Origin: Octopus vulgaris
Taxonomy: Eukaryota
NCBI GenBank assembly: GCA_951406725.2
Contig: OX597814.1
Span: 115,320,001-115,384,000, forward strand
Length of the DNA stretch: 64,000 nt
Direction: 5' to 3'
This document shows, one piece after another, positions 52,215 through 64,000 of the stretch. Position numbers and translations under genes: made by a program. Each line of letters opens with the position of its first letter. Within the stretch, counting starts at the first letter, position 1. Under the pieces are notes generated by a model, which searched no databases, had not been told where the DNA came from, and saw only the letters and a program-made list of their open reading frames with translations.

Positions 52215-52974
52215 CCGTTCTTGTCTTTCAAGGCGAAGAATTTCTTCACTGAAGCTTCCAATTCCTCTTGATTGATAAAGCGCTGTGAACGCAGAAAGTG
52301 AGTTATGGATCGGAACAAGTAATAATCGAAGGGAGATACTTTTCGGTAATTCTAACGTGTATAAGCAATGGCCAAGCAAAGGCCAGCTTCCGGAACCTGT
52401 CGCCAAACACGGGCGTTTTGAATACAGGGAGATGCTCTGCGTCTGGTGGAATTATGAGGGAATAATTCACTATGAGTTCATTCTGTTTAATCGAACTATC
52501 GATGCCAACCTGTACTCCGGACAGTCGAAGTAGATGTATGCCATTGTGCGGTCAAAATACCCGGCATTGGTTGACAAAATGTGAGTTCTTCTGCAGCAAG
52601 ACAACGCAAACCGCATACCACCCGAATGACCAAGGATAAACTCCAGGAACTTGAGGGAATCAAACTGATACCACAACCAGCATATAGTTCAGACCTAGCT
52701 CCCTCCGATTATTACTTGTTCCGATCCATAACTCACTTCCTGCGCCCACAACGCTTCATCAATCAAGACTAGGTGGAAGCGTCAGTGAAGGAATGTTTCG
52801 CCTCGAAGGACAAGAACCGGTATCATCATGGGATCAAAGAACTGGCAGAATGGTGGCTGCAGACGGTGCCACACAATGGTCTCTACTTTGACTACTAGGC
52901 TTCTTTTGTTCTAACTTGATGAATAAAGCAAATAAGTTGCCAAAAATATTACAAAACTTTTGACTGAATACAAT
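52213..52974 (+). mobile_element. mariner (DD34D) transposase relic with right TIR and an inverted internal duplication
   Basis: MLCVWWN..GIIHYE, LLQQDNA.PH and PAYS.DLAPSDYYLF motifs. 52213-52333 is the reverse complement of about 52701-52822. Confidence 0.9.
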
Positions 52975-53659
52975 AATTTAAAGTTGGCACAAACAGTAAA
53001 CTGTAAAATTATGCAAAATAGAACGATTTTTACAATAGACACAAGGCCTCAAATTTTTACGGAGAAGGGGCGGGAGCAGGTGCTAGATGATTATTCCGAC
53101 CCCAGTGTTCAGGTATTACTTATTTTATTGATCCCGAAAGGATGAAAGATAAAGTTCACATCAGCGGAATTTGAACTTAGTATCTAAAGCCAGAAAACAA
53201 ATGTAGTGAAGCATTTTGTCCGGCGTGCTAATGATTGTGCCAGCTCGCTGACTTTAACAAAGAGGAACGTTAGTTAATAGTAAGTATCCACATTTACAGT
53301 ACAGAGATTATTAAACAAGTAACTGGAAATGATTATGCAATAAGAGAACCTAAAAGTCAAATTTATGTAGTGAAGAAAGAAACAATATTAGACAAGGTCT
53401 ATTGTTTTAAACATGTGGACAAATATGAGAAACAACTTCAGATAGGTTTTTGTATTACTATGACTTCTTCAGCGAAGAAGAGAACCTTCATCATATTTAC
53501 CAACTTTAGTAGTAAAAAAAAAGTGTCTTAAAGTGAATGTATAAGATTGTACATTGGTGTTAGCTTCGAGTTAACAAACTATAGCTTCATATTTGTTAAT
53601 TATACACAAAGATGTTATATAAGTATAATTATAGATAAATAATTGCAAAATGTACTTAC

Positions 53660-53711
53660 CAGCCTGCAGTGCTACAGCTGGTCCATAAAGCATGATTCCC
53701 ATATACCAGAC
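53660..53711 (-). CDS. SLC5-family sodium:solute symporter (SMCT/NIS/SMVT-like), first exon found in window (52 nt, VWYMGIMLYGPAVALQA)
   Basis: Read manually on the minus strand: cag|GTC...GCTG|gtaagt. The peptide matches the SLC5A5/8 'LYxGxxxYAPAxAL' segment, and 52 nt is the exon size I recall for vertebrate SLC5A5/8. Confidence 0.92.
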
Positions 53712-53887
53712 CTGAGGAATTAGATTCCATCAAACATCATATATGAATTGTTTATCACGAGGAATTGTTTAAATGAATGAGTTATAACAGTTGTCGTGTA
53801 TTTATAAACGTTGAACGGAACTAGCAGCAATATTTTGTCTCTCAAAGAGAATTTGTCATCGACTTATGTGTTAAATAAATATCGACA

Positions 53888-54305
53888 TACGTAGTCTGAT
53901 CAATAAGTATCCGGACTGTGGCCATAGTAATGAAGCTAAAGCACACAGAGTGAAGCTGCTTGGCAAAGATCGAACTTGAACTCTGCTGTGCATGCGCACT
54001 AAGTTCTAGCTTACTTCCGCTGTTTACAGCAGTGATTGGAAGCAACGTGTGTAGCGTGTGATCGTCGCATTGACCATGACAGAGAAAGATGGGTAGTGAA
54101 TCTGCATCAAATTTTGTTAAAAGCCTGGCGATATCGGTTCAGATGCCTATGAAAAGTTTTCAGAAAGTTTTCATCGTTATCGACACAATCAAGGGGATCT
54201 TGCGCAACTGAAACCCGAGCGTCATTTTGGTCAGCTGAAAGCAGTTTTGGCACAAACTTAGCAGACACGCGTCTCATACCCATGTGTTCCAAAATTGTCT
54301 TCAGC
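53888..54305. mobile_element. rearranged mariner relic (irritans-like): left TIR/5' end on plus, transposase piece on minus
   Basis: TA-CG..GTCTGATCAATAAGTATCCGGA terminal motif. ORF 54107..54307 reads GMRRVSAKFVPKLL...ENFLK (WVP-like motif). Confidence 0.75.
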
Positions 54306-54314
54306 AACCCTAAA

Positions 54315-56145
54315 ATCGCTGAGATTCGCTATTCCTATGATCTGGCGTGAGCTAAAGAACCACTCTGACGAATGTTACTCCTGCTCAGTCAGTGTTGCGG
54401 GACTGTAACAAAAGAAACGCAGATCTATTGACTAGCCCAGTCTTCATTCCGCTATTCGATCAGTGCCGCATTCAGATGATTTGCCAATCCTAGTTTCTCG
54501 TGAAAATTTGTTGAAATTTCTTGAAAGTGACGAGTCATACTAATGTAAATGAGAGGCACAGCGAAAACTATCCTATGTTCCCGAAACCGTACCAGAGCCG
54601 TTTAACCAAAATTAGCTTGATTTGGTTCGAGACTTAAGTCTAAGTAAAGAATCAGCAGAACTTTTGGCCTCTAAGCTCAACGAAAAATAACCTTTTAGCA
54701 AAAGACACAAAGGTAACATTCTATCGAAATAGGGATGCTGAATTTGTGCCATTCTTTAATGAGAACGCGGATCTTGTTCATTGCAATGACGTTGAGAGCG
54801 CTCTTCTTCGACTAGGCGTTCACAAATATGATCCTGATGAATGGAGATTGTTCATTGATAGTTCAAAACGCAGTTTGAAATAAATGCGTTTTGCTCCATA
54901 ATACCAACATGTACGTACCAATACCTATAGGTCATTCAACAACACTGAAAGAAAAGCATGATGCCATCAAACAGGTTATGGAACAGATTGACTACACCAA
55001 ACATAAATGGGTGTTATGCATCGATTTGAAAATGGTTAAATTTCTTGCTTAATCAACAAACTGGCGACACAAAATTCCCATGTTTTTTGTGTATGTGGGA
55101 CAGTAGAGCAAAAGAAAAGCACTAGAAAAGGAAAGATTGGCCACCCCGAGAGCTGATGGTCAGTGAAAAGAACGTTATTAGTGCAGCGCTAGTTCCGAAA
55201 GAAAAAAATCATCTTCCCTCCCTTGCTTATCAAATTAGGATTAATGAAACAGTATGTAAAATCACCTGGCAAAGAAAGTAAATGTTTTGAGAATATATGT
55301 AAATCCTTTCCAGGACTTAGCATCAAAAAACTCAAAGCAGGAATGTTTGATGGTCCTGATATCAGGAAACTCATTAAGGATGATGAATTTATTAATTCAA
55401 TGAACGACTTGGAATTGCGCGCTTGGACATCGTTTGCTGACATGGTGAAACATTTCTTAGGCAATTGCCGGGCCGAAAACTACATGGAGTTAGTAGAAAA
55501 GATGTTTAAACGTCTACAGGACATAGGCGCTAATATGAGTATTAAGGTTCGTTTTTTTTACATAGCGATGTGAGTGATGAGCAAGGAGAACGATTCCATC
55601 AGGATATCAAAACAATGGAAGAGCGCTAACAGGGACGGAAGAACAAACGAATGATGGCTGACTACTGCTGGGGTATCAAAAGGGACTTATATAACATGGA
55701 ACATGACAGACAATCAAGAAAGAGAAAATTTTTACCATAGTTCTTAGGTTCACGAGGGTTTTATTTCTGCTGTTAGTTTATTTAATGATTTGATGAAAAT
55801 ACTTGTTGGTCTTGGTATATTCAATCGTGTTATTTTTAAAGACTTACGGTCTGATTGTTATTGCAAAAATAGTATTTCTCAATAAGCAAACTAATTGTTG
55901 GTTTAAATACGAATTGAGATTTTACTTTGAGAAATATTGCCATCGATCAATATCAAATAAACAGAAAACAAATGAAAATAAATGCTTTTTTTTTTTTTCA
56001 AAAAATGAGGAATTCCTGTACTGAAAAAACGGTAGATAACCAAGAAAAAGTAAGGTCATTTCAGATTCAGCGCCCTCAAATTAGCATAAAAAGATGTTTG
56101 GTGTCTCGACACCATTTCAAAGATTTTTTTTTTTTTTGATCTGTT
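54315..56145 (+). mobile_element. degenerate DDE transposase, Chapaev3 (CMC)-like
   Basis: Motifs PMIWRE..NH..ECY.C, DLVRDL.LSK..AELLAS, WRLFIDSSKRSLK, FPCFLC.WDSR, IKLGLMKQ, DGP.IR, SDEQGERFHQD and MMADYCW, with many stops. The superfamily name is from recall of these motifs. Confidence 0.8.
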
Positions 56146-57081
56146 ATCAGACATTGATTTTTTGAGTTGGTTTCATCACCAAACGATTCAGTGATTTTTA
56201 AGTCAAAATGCCGAATGTCTTTGTGTCAAACTAACCAGAATCTCTGTGTCTAACTACTAGTGTCTCTTTGTTCAACTACCCAGTTTTTCTATGACAAATT
56301 AACCAAGGTCTTTGTGTCAAAACTACTCAATATCGGTATAATATACAATTCATTATCTCAGTGTAAGATTAGTCGCTGTTACTAACTAAAGCTTCTCACT
56401 TTCCTCCACAACTGATGAGACAGCCACGCAGCAACTGCATCAATGTAATGAGAAAATTAAAATCAGATTTCTAAACAGGACATACTTCAATACGTAAACA
56501 GCTTCGATGGTACAATTCCTGTAAGAATTATGTTCTCTTTCACTAAATATTCCGATCTTTGCAGATAGACAAAAAATAAAAAGAGGAAACAATTTCAAAA
56601 ATAATTTTTCAAAAATTTGTCTTTACAATATATATATATAAGGATCTCAGTAATCTTTACAATCATGTAACACCCAAAACTTGTGGCTTCCAAAGCACAC
56701 CAGATTCAAATCTCACAGACGGTTGCGTTTGGAAAGTTGTTGAAAGGGAAACTAATCGACATCCTTACAAAAACAAAGTTTCACAGATGGCCGCAATTGT
56801 CCAGATAATGTCCGAGATGAATGAGGGCCATTTAGTGCAGACATTTCAACGACTCCGGTCCTGCATGGATCACTGAAGATGAGAGCAGATTCTTAGAATA
56901 GCCTCATAACAAAAGCTCATTGAGAACATGTGAAAATTTTGCTTTTTATAAAAACACGTTTGCTTTTTACTAGCTCCGAGTTGCTTCATTAAATTACCAA
57001 ATATGTCCTCAGATACCTCTTGTATCGTGTATACACGCACGCATACACACACACACACACACACACACATACTTACATACT

Positions 57082-57138
<57 letters not shown>

Positions 57139-57195
57139 ATGTATTTATGTATGTGTATGTGCGTGCACATACACATAATTAGACAGTGAGAGATC

Positions 57196-57226
<31 letters not shown>

Positions 57227-57802
57227 CTTACATGTATATATGTATGTATATATATATATACACGCACACACACACATGCACACACACACACACACATACA
57301 TACACACACACACACACACACTCACACATACAACAATAATAATAGAGTTTCGTTATTTCGCTGTTGCTGTAGTCGTTACATTTCAATCTAAGCATCACAA
57401 TAGTTCAATCGTCTCTTTCATTCAGTCAAATGTTATACAGAGAAGCGTTAACACTATATAAGAGAGAACGATTTCATAGACCGATTGTTATATGAAAGGG
57501 ATATATGCCACTATTATATTCGGTTCTCTCTTATATTTCAGTTGGTTCATGAATCCGATTGTGTTGTGATAGAATTAAAATGGCATTGAAGCAATTATTT
57601 TGTCAAGACAGAGAGACTGGTTGGATTCAGAAAAAAAATGTTATGTTCACTTTTACTGAATATTCCGATCTTTGCAGACAGACGAAAAATAAAAAGTGGA
57701 AACAATTTCAAAAATAATTTTTCAAAAATTTGTCATTACAATGGTTGGCTTCATAGTATGGATATATCTGTGTGATAGATAGATAGATAGATAGATAGAT
57801 AT

Positions 57803-57848
<46 letters not shown>

Positions 57849-57873
57849 GGACAGACGGACGGACGGACGGACG

Positions 57874-57919
<46 letters not shown>

Positions 57920-57932
57920 TAGACAGATAGAC

Positions 57933-58023
<91 letters not shown>

Positions 58024-58027
<4 letters not shown>

Positions 58028-58635
58028 TTCTTTATTGGCCACACAGGTCTAAACACAGAGGGGACAATTACAATGTAGAGTTTTTCTTTTGGAGGGGGAC
58101 GGGAAAAAAAGGGACAACGATCATAATCGTTGGGAATATATGCAAAAAATGTCGAAAGAGTTCAAAAAGTTCCCAAGAAATGGGGAGGTTTATGTGTGGA
58201 AAGAAAACCTACGAAAAGACCACAGTAACCTCGGGCAATTACGTCACATATTAACATTTATTTACAAATAAGCAAGTCTGTGTATTAAATGTTTTTACGG
58301 TTCATAGGATTATGCTCAAGGTGGCTTCGTCATTCATTCGTGCCATCCGTGCTACATCTTTTTTTGGAAACATTCGCTTCTCTACTCTCACCTTCCTTTT
58401 CAAGTAATACTTGAAGAAGTTGATGAGAGATTGAGCAGAGAGGAAAGTGTTTGTCTCTAATCCTTTCAGACGCGTCCACCAGATACATTCTTTCGCTATA
58501 GCTACAAGTATGATGAAAATAGCTCTTCCTTCCCGTTTGAAAGAAGGTGGGGTGACAATATTGACGATAGACTCGGCTGATAAACCGACACGTCCCACAC
58601 GTGACAGCTGTCGTTCAATATAAGCCCACAGGTCA
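58024..58635 (-). mobile_element. Tx1/L1-like LINE 3' fragment ending in AATAAA next to (TATC)n
   Basis: ORF 58302..58598 (AKECIWWTR..., typical of the segment after the Tx1 zinc finger). Its 3' end abuts a GATA/GACA microsatellite. Confidence 0.6.
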
Positions 58636-59061
58636 TTGTTGAAAGGAACGCTGGTCTCCTTGACAACAGCGTTGATTTCCCTACACTACCTTCACCACAG
58701 CTTCATGAAGGAAGGAAGAAGGGGAGAAGCAACACAGGTGCAAGTGTAAGCATGGACGCTAACTCCGCCACCGACACACAAAAAATTGTAAACACGCAGA
58801 CGACAACTTCACAGTCAACTATAAAAGCATCGATTTGTGAGTTTGATTCAGGCTGAGGTTAGCTCATATTTTTCGATCATTTATTTATATTTTAAAAATT
58901 GTCGCTTTAAAATAAATATTATTATGATATATATATTATATATATTTATTATACAGTTATTATACTATGGGCCTTCCATAGTAGCTCTCTCTCTCTCTCT
59001 CTCTCTCTCTGTAACTCGCAAAGGCTTTCGGGTTTGCTTATAAAAATATTATATATATATG

Positions 59062-59121
<60 letters not shown>

Positions 59122-59309
59122 GATATATATGTATATGTATATACAAAGGTTTGAGTACATCTTCCTATCTCTCATCAATCTCAGATACTTATAAAAGGAC
59201 ATGGGTACTTCCTTTCCTCCTGACTAACACACACACACACGCACGCACACACACACACACATATACACTCACACAAACATGCTCACGCATACGCATGCAC
59301 ACGCGTATG

Positions 59310-59354
<45 letters not shown>

Positions 59355-59359
59355 GTATA

Positions 59360-59662
59360 TCTTTATATATAAAACTGAAGTTGTGTGTGTATCTGTCTAC
59401 TCCGATTTAGATTCCTAACTACTCCCACACTTTGCGGTGCAGTTTAACCAAAAGTGAGTATCTTATAGTCGTGATTCATATCGAGCCCTTCTGGGTATTA
59501 GCGCGCGTCTACGATGAGTCTACGATTTAAAAAAAAATTACCATCATTTTTCCGCACTTTTAATGCATTTTTGCTCGGTTTATATAAGGGCAGTAACTCT
59601 CTAACAATGCTTATATTGTTTTTTCCCTTACAAACCCGAGCAACGCCGGGCGATACTGCTAG
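59360..59662 (+). mobile_element. non-autonomous Helitron
   Basis: 5' TC, 3' hairpin CCCGAGCAACGCCGGG then CTAG, inserted between A and T. Same family as 43506-43899 and 28962-29500. Confidence 0.85.
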
Positions 59663-59764
59663 TATTTATATATATATATACGTATATGTATATATTTACG
59701 TATATTTATGTAGGCATTTATGTATGTATTTTTCACTCTCTATATATGTGTGTATTCTTTGCTA

Positions 59765-60330
59765 TGCACCCCTTTCACACCTAGCCAGGCTCATGGGCCC
59801 GGTTTCCCGGTTTCTGTGGCGTATGTGTTCCCCCCACCTGGACGGGACTCCAGTCCATCGCAGCGTTACTCAAGAAACAGGAAGAGAGAGTGAGAGAAAG
59901 TTGATTTCTTAACTACCCACAAGGGGCTAAACACAGAGGGGACAAACAAGGACAGACAAAGGGATTAAGGCGATTACATCGACCCCAGTACGCAACTGGT
60001 ACTTAATTTATCGACCCCGGGAGGATGAAAGGCAAAGTCGACCTCGGCGGAATTTGAACTCGGAACGTAACAACAGACGAAATACGGCTACGCATTTCGC
60101 CCGGCGTGCTAACGTTTCTGCCAGCTCGCCGCCTTAATCTCACTAAAGAGTGAGAGAAAGTTGTAGCGAAAGAGTATAACAGGGGTCACCACCACCCCCT
60201 GCCGGAGCATCGTGGAGCTTTTAGGTGTTTTCGCTCAATAAACACACACAACGCCCGGTCTGGGAATCGAAACCGTGATCCTCCGACCGCGAGTCCGCTG
60301 CCCTAACCACTGGGCCATTGCGCCTCCATA
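59765..60330 (-). mobile_element. tRNA-derived SINE family C interrupted by a family B SINE with a 17-bp TSD
   Basis: An uninterrupted copy lies at about 21040-21340(+). TSD AGAGTGAGAGAAAGTTG at 59887-59903 and 60147-60163. Related SINEs at about 7828-8170, 15810-16110 and 38290-38560. Confidence 0.85.
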
Positions 60331-60608
60331 TGTGTGTATATAAATGCATAATTGGCTCCACATTAAAACGTTAAAACATTTACAACGCTATATATAAATG
60401 TATACATATATACATATCTATCTATCTATTTATCTATCTATCAGTCTGTCTGCCTGCTTGTCTGAATATCTATATATCTGTCTGTCTGCCTGCCTGTCTG
60501 AATGCCTATCTATCTGTCTGTCTGTCTGAATGTCTATCTATCTATCTGTCTGTCTGTCTGTCTGTCTATCTATTTATTTATCTATCTATCTGTCTGTCTG
60601 TCTGTCTA

Positions 60609-60686
<78 letters not shown>

Positions 60687-62019
60687 ATATGGACGGACGA
60701 TAGTCACATCGGCTCGGAGTAAGTTTGCTTTTTATTGCCTTCAAAAGTTGTGTATTCTTTCTTTTATTCTTTAACTTGTTTCAGTCATTTGCCTGCGGTC
60801 ATGCTGGAGCACCGACTTTAATCGAGCAACTCGACCCCGGGACTTATTCTTTGTAAGCCCAGTACTTATTCTATCGGTCTCTTTCGCCGAACCGCTAAGT
60901 GACGGGGACATAAACACACCAGCATCGGTTGTCAAGCAATGCTAGGGGGACAAACACAAACATACACGCACACACATATATACATATATATACATATATA
61001 CAACGGGCTTCTTTCAGTTTCCGTCTACCAAATCCACTCACAAGGCTTTGGTCGGCCCGAGGCTATAGTAGAAGACACTTGCCCAAAGTGCCACGCAGTG
61101 GGACTGAACCCGAAACCATGTGGTTGGTAAACAAACTACTTACCACACAGCCACTCCTGCGCCTGTATAATTTTTATGTAAAAGTTGTGCAACAACTAAT
61201 ACATTCGGTTGTGCAAATTCTATGCACAGGAAACCTAAATTTATATAACGAGGTTATTGGTGTCTTTCATTCATAGTTGAAGGTGTGTATATCGTTATTC
61301 ATTTCAAGTCTGAATTGTAACGCTTCCTCATATATATAATGAGGAAGCTATTTTATGATTTAACAGAACATTCATATATTAAACTATTCGTAAGGCCTTA
61401 GTTAATTGTAAAGCATTAATCGCGATTCTTACAGCTTCGCATCGTATAATATTTGTTATCAGAAGATAACTTATCTATTTTATCAATGATGATCTTATCA
61501 TGAGGTGATGCTGCGGCACTATTAACATTTATACTAAAGTTTTCATTCTCTTCTAGAGATGTCTAAATAAAGACTAGGTGCTTCTCACTCCTAACCGTTG
61601 GATGGCCGTTGGGTAACTCTGAGTTCATCCCCGCTTTGACAGGGGTTTTTTTCTTATCTTACAGGGTATCCAACGAAAATAGCCCTCCTTACCAGGCTTG
61701 CTAGAGTTTCCAGTTCAGTCGCCACTCATGCGATGGGTTGTAGAGGGTTATATGTTACCAGTAGCATTAATAGAGACCTATTATATTTACATACATATTC
61801 TATAACTAATCGCTTTATATTTCTTGAATAACGGTTGACTTGTGTAACGAGGCATGTATGTATGTGTCTTATGTGCGTATATAAAAACATACATACTCAC
61901 ACACACACACACACACACTGATATATAAACATGTTTGTCTCTCTGCATGTATATAGGTATGTATCTATCTATTTATGTATATGTATGTGCGTGTGTGTGG
62001 ATGGATGTCATTCAGTTTT

Positions 62020-62785
62020 ATTTCAAGATTTCTTGCCGATAGAGAAAGAGACGGTTTCTAACCTAGATCTAAGGCTCCATCATTGGAATTTCAACAATAC
62101 CAACAGGGCATTTTTGTATGTATGCATGTAGGTAGGTAGGTAGGTAGGTAGGTAGGTAGGTAGGTAGGTAGGTAGGTAGGTGGGTAGGTAGGTAGGTAGG
62201 TAGGTAGGTAGGTAGGTAGGTAGGTAGGTAGGTAGGTAGGTAGGTATACGTGCAGCTTTGTAGGTTTTGCTTTATGTATATATTTTCATTCATATAGTTC
62301 CATATCTAAGAAATGCTCATATATATTTAAATGATAAACTTTTGGAAAGGTTTACAGATCTTTACAGTTCCAGTGATGGCTTGGATCTGTAATCTTCGAA
62401 TCAGCTTTCCCCTTTCTGGTTTAGAATATACTAATTTCTCAAGTTTGGCATACAGGCAGTGTGTTACATATCCCAGTGCCCTAATAATTACAGTTATAAG
62501 CCTGAACTTGTAATCTGGATAGAGTAACTGCAAATTTCTCAATAGTTCAGCATAGGCGTTTTCTTTTTCACTGATCTTCAGCTTTATGTTAGCATCCGCT
62601 AGGCAGCTAATTTCCACAACTGTGCACAGTTTTCTCTTCTCTATTCCTATTGAGGTTTTTACTGGGACATTCCACCAGTACTCCTTTTTTATTATGTCTT
62701 CCACCATACTGTGGGTTCTTATTTCTTTGTCCTCGGGGTTATCCTTTCGGCGGATCTCGTTACACAATGTCCTAGCTACAATATC
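62020..62785 (-). mobile_element. RLE non-LTR retrotransposon 3' fragment in (TACA)n with (TACC)n-containing 3' UTR; second 3' UTR copy at ~63575-64000
   Basis: ORF 62327..62896 (D.VAR...YWWNVP...VVEISC...KE..Y.EL...ALG). 62031-62115 is repeated at 63577-63680. Confidence 0.75.
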
Positions 62786-62991
62786 GTATGTATGTATGTA
62801 TGTATGTATGTATGTATGCATGTATGTATGTACGGGAGTATGTGTATATGCATGACTGTATGTATAGATGGGTATGTATATGTACATATATAACAATATA
62901 TAAATTACAATTTATATATATACATACAAACACACATGTATGTTTGTGTTCACGTACATACCTGTGCATGAATATGACTATGTATGCACAG

Positions 62992-63095
<104 letters not shown>

Positions 63096-64000
63096 TGTGT
63101 GTCTGAGCATTCATAACTGTCTTTCTCTGAAAATTAACAGACATTCCATAGTAAACGTCTCTCATATACTAAGAAGCCTGATGTTCGACAGTTTATAATG
63201 TGAACAATAACGAATAATTTATGAAGACTAAATGGCTTTTAGTAAGTATACAATGCAAACTGATGGAGTACTAAACTCTGGGGAATAATCGAAGAAAAGC
63301 AGTTTAAGATGTTTCAGTAATATCAGGCAACTGATTGCATTATTTAGTATCAAAAGTTAGGACGTCCTGTCGCCTACACTGAAAAGATATCACTGAAATT
63401 TTCTTATATGTCTGTTTTAAATTCGTGAGTAGTTGAACGAAGCAGTTATGGAAAGAATACAAACTTAAGACCAGTTCAAATATGTTTCAAGTATACCTGA
63501 GCCTGTATTGGCTTTTCACTTGAGTTTTATCGTGGAGTATATGTGTGTGGATGGATGATTGGATGGATGTCACTATTCAGTTTTATTTCGAGATTTCTTG
63601 CCAACAAAGAAAGAGACGGTTTCTAACCTAGATCCAAGGCTCTTTCATCTGAATTTCAACAATACCAACAGGGTATTTTTGTATGTATGTATGTATGTAG
63701 GTAGGTAGGTAGGTAGGTAGGTATGTAGGTAGGTAGGTAGGTAGGTATGTAGGTAGGTAGGTAGGTAGGTAGGTAGGTAGGTAGGTAGGTAGGTAGGTAG
63801 GTAGGTAGGTAGGTAGGTAGGTAGGTAGGTAGGTAGGTAGGTAGGTAGGTAGGTAGGTAGGTAGGTAGGTAGGTAGGTAGGTAGGTAGGTAGGTAGGTAG
63901 GTAGGTAGGTAGGTAGGTAGGTAGGTAGGTAGGTAGGTAGGTAGGTAGGTAGGTAGGTAGGTAGGTAGGTTTTCTCGATATTATAATTTTTCAATAATAT

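Noticed and set aside
56486-56518. 33-nt minus-strand micro-exon (ELYHRSCLRIE) with ag/gtatgt sites as an upstream SLC5 exon
   Set aside because: It does not resemble the expected YLExRF exon, and such site pairs arise by chance.

Overview
This is AT-rich, microsatellite-dense eukaryotic DNA. The SINE complement and repeat landscape suggest an octopus or other coleoid cephalopod (inference). The one well-supported host gene is a minus-strand SLC5 (sodium:solute symporter, SLC5A5/6/8/12-like) gene. I read 12 consecutive GT-AG exons (53711 down to 11914; 1204 coding nt, about 401 aa, phases all compatible), but its first exons and true last exon were not identified. The introns are filled with tRNA-derived SINEs, R4/Dong-type RLE LINEs in (TAA)n, RTE, Tx1-like and CR1-like LINE relics, Penelope-like (GIY-YIG) relics, mariner, Chapaev3-like and pogo/Tigger-like DNA transposons, and non-autonomous Helitrons. 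The most striking signal is self-cleaving RNA. (1) A near-identical, non-coding 474-bp x5 tandem array (29947-32244) between (TA)n tracts carries a type I hammerhead motif per unit, which fits a retrozyme or circRNA-producing locus. (2) A tRNA-headed SINE ends in a minimal hammerhead and occurs in inverted, Penelope-like arrangements. (3) Several further dispersed hammerhead motifs are present, including a U3-A8 compensatory core variant. No CRISPR, rRNA or bona fide tRNA genes were seen.
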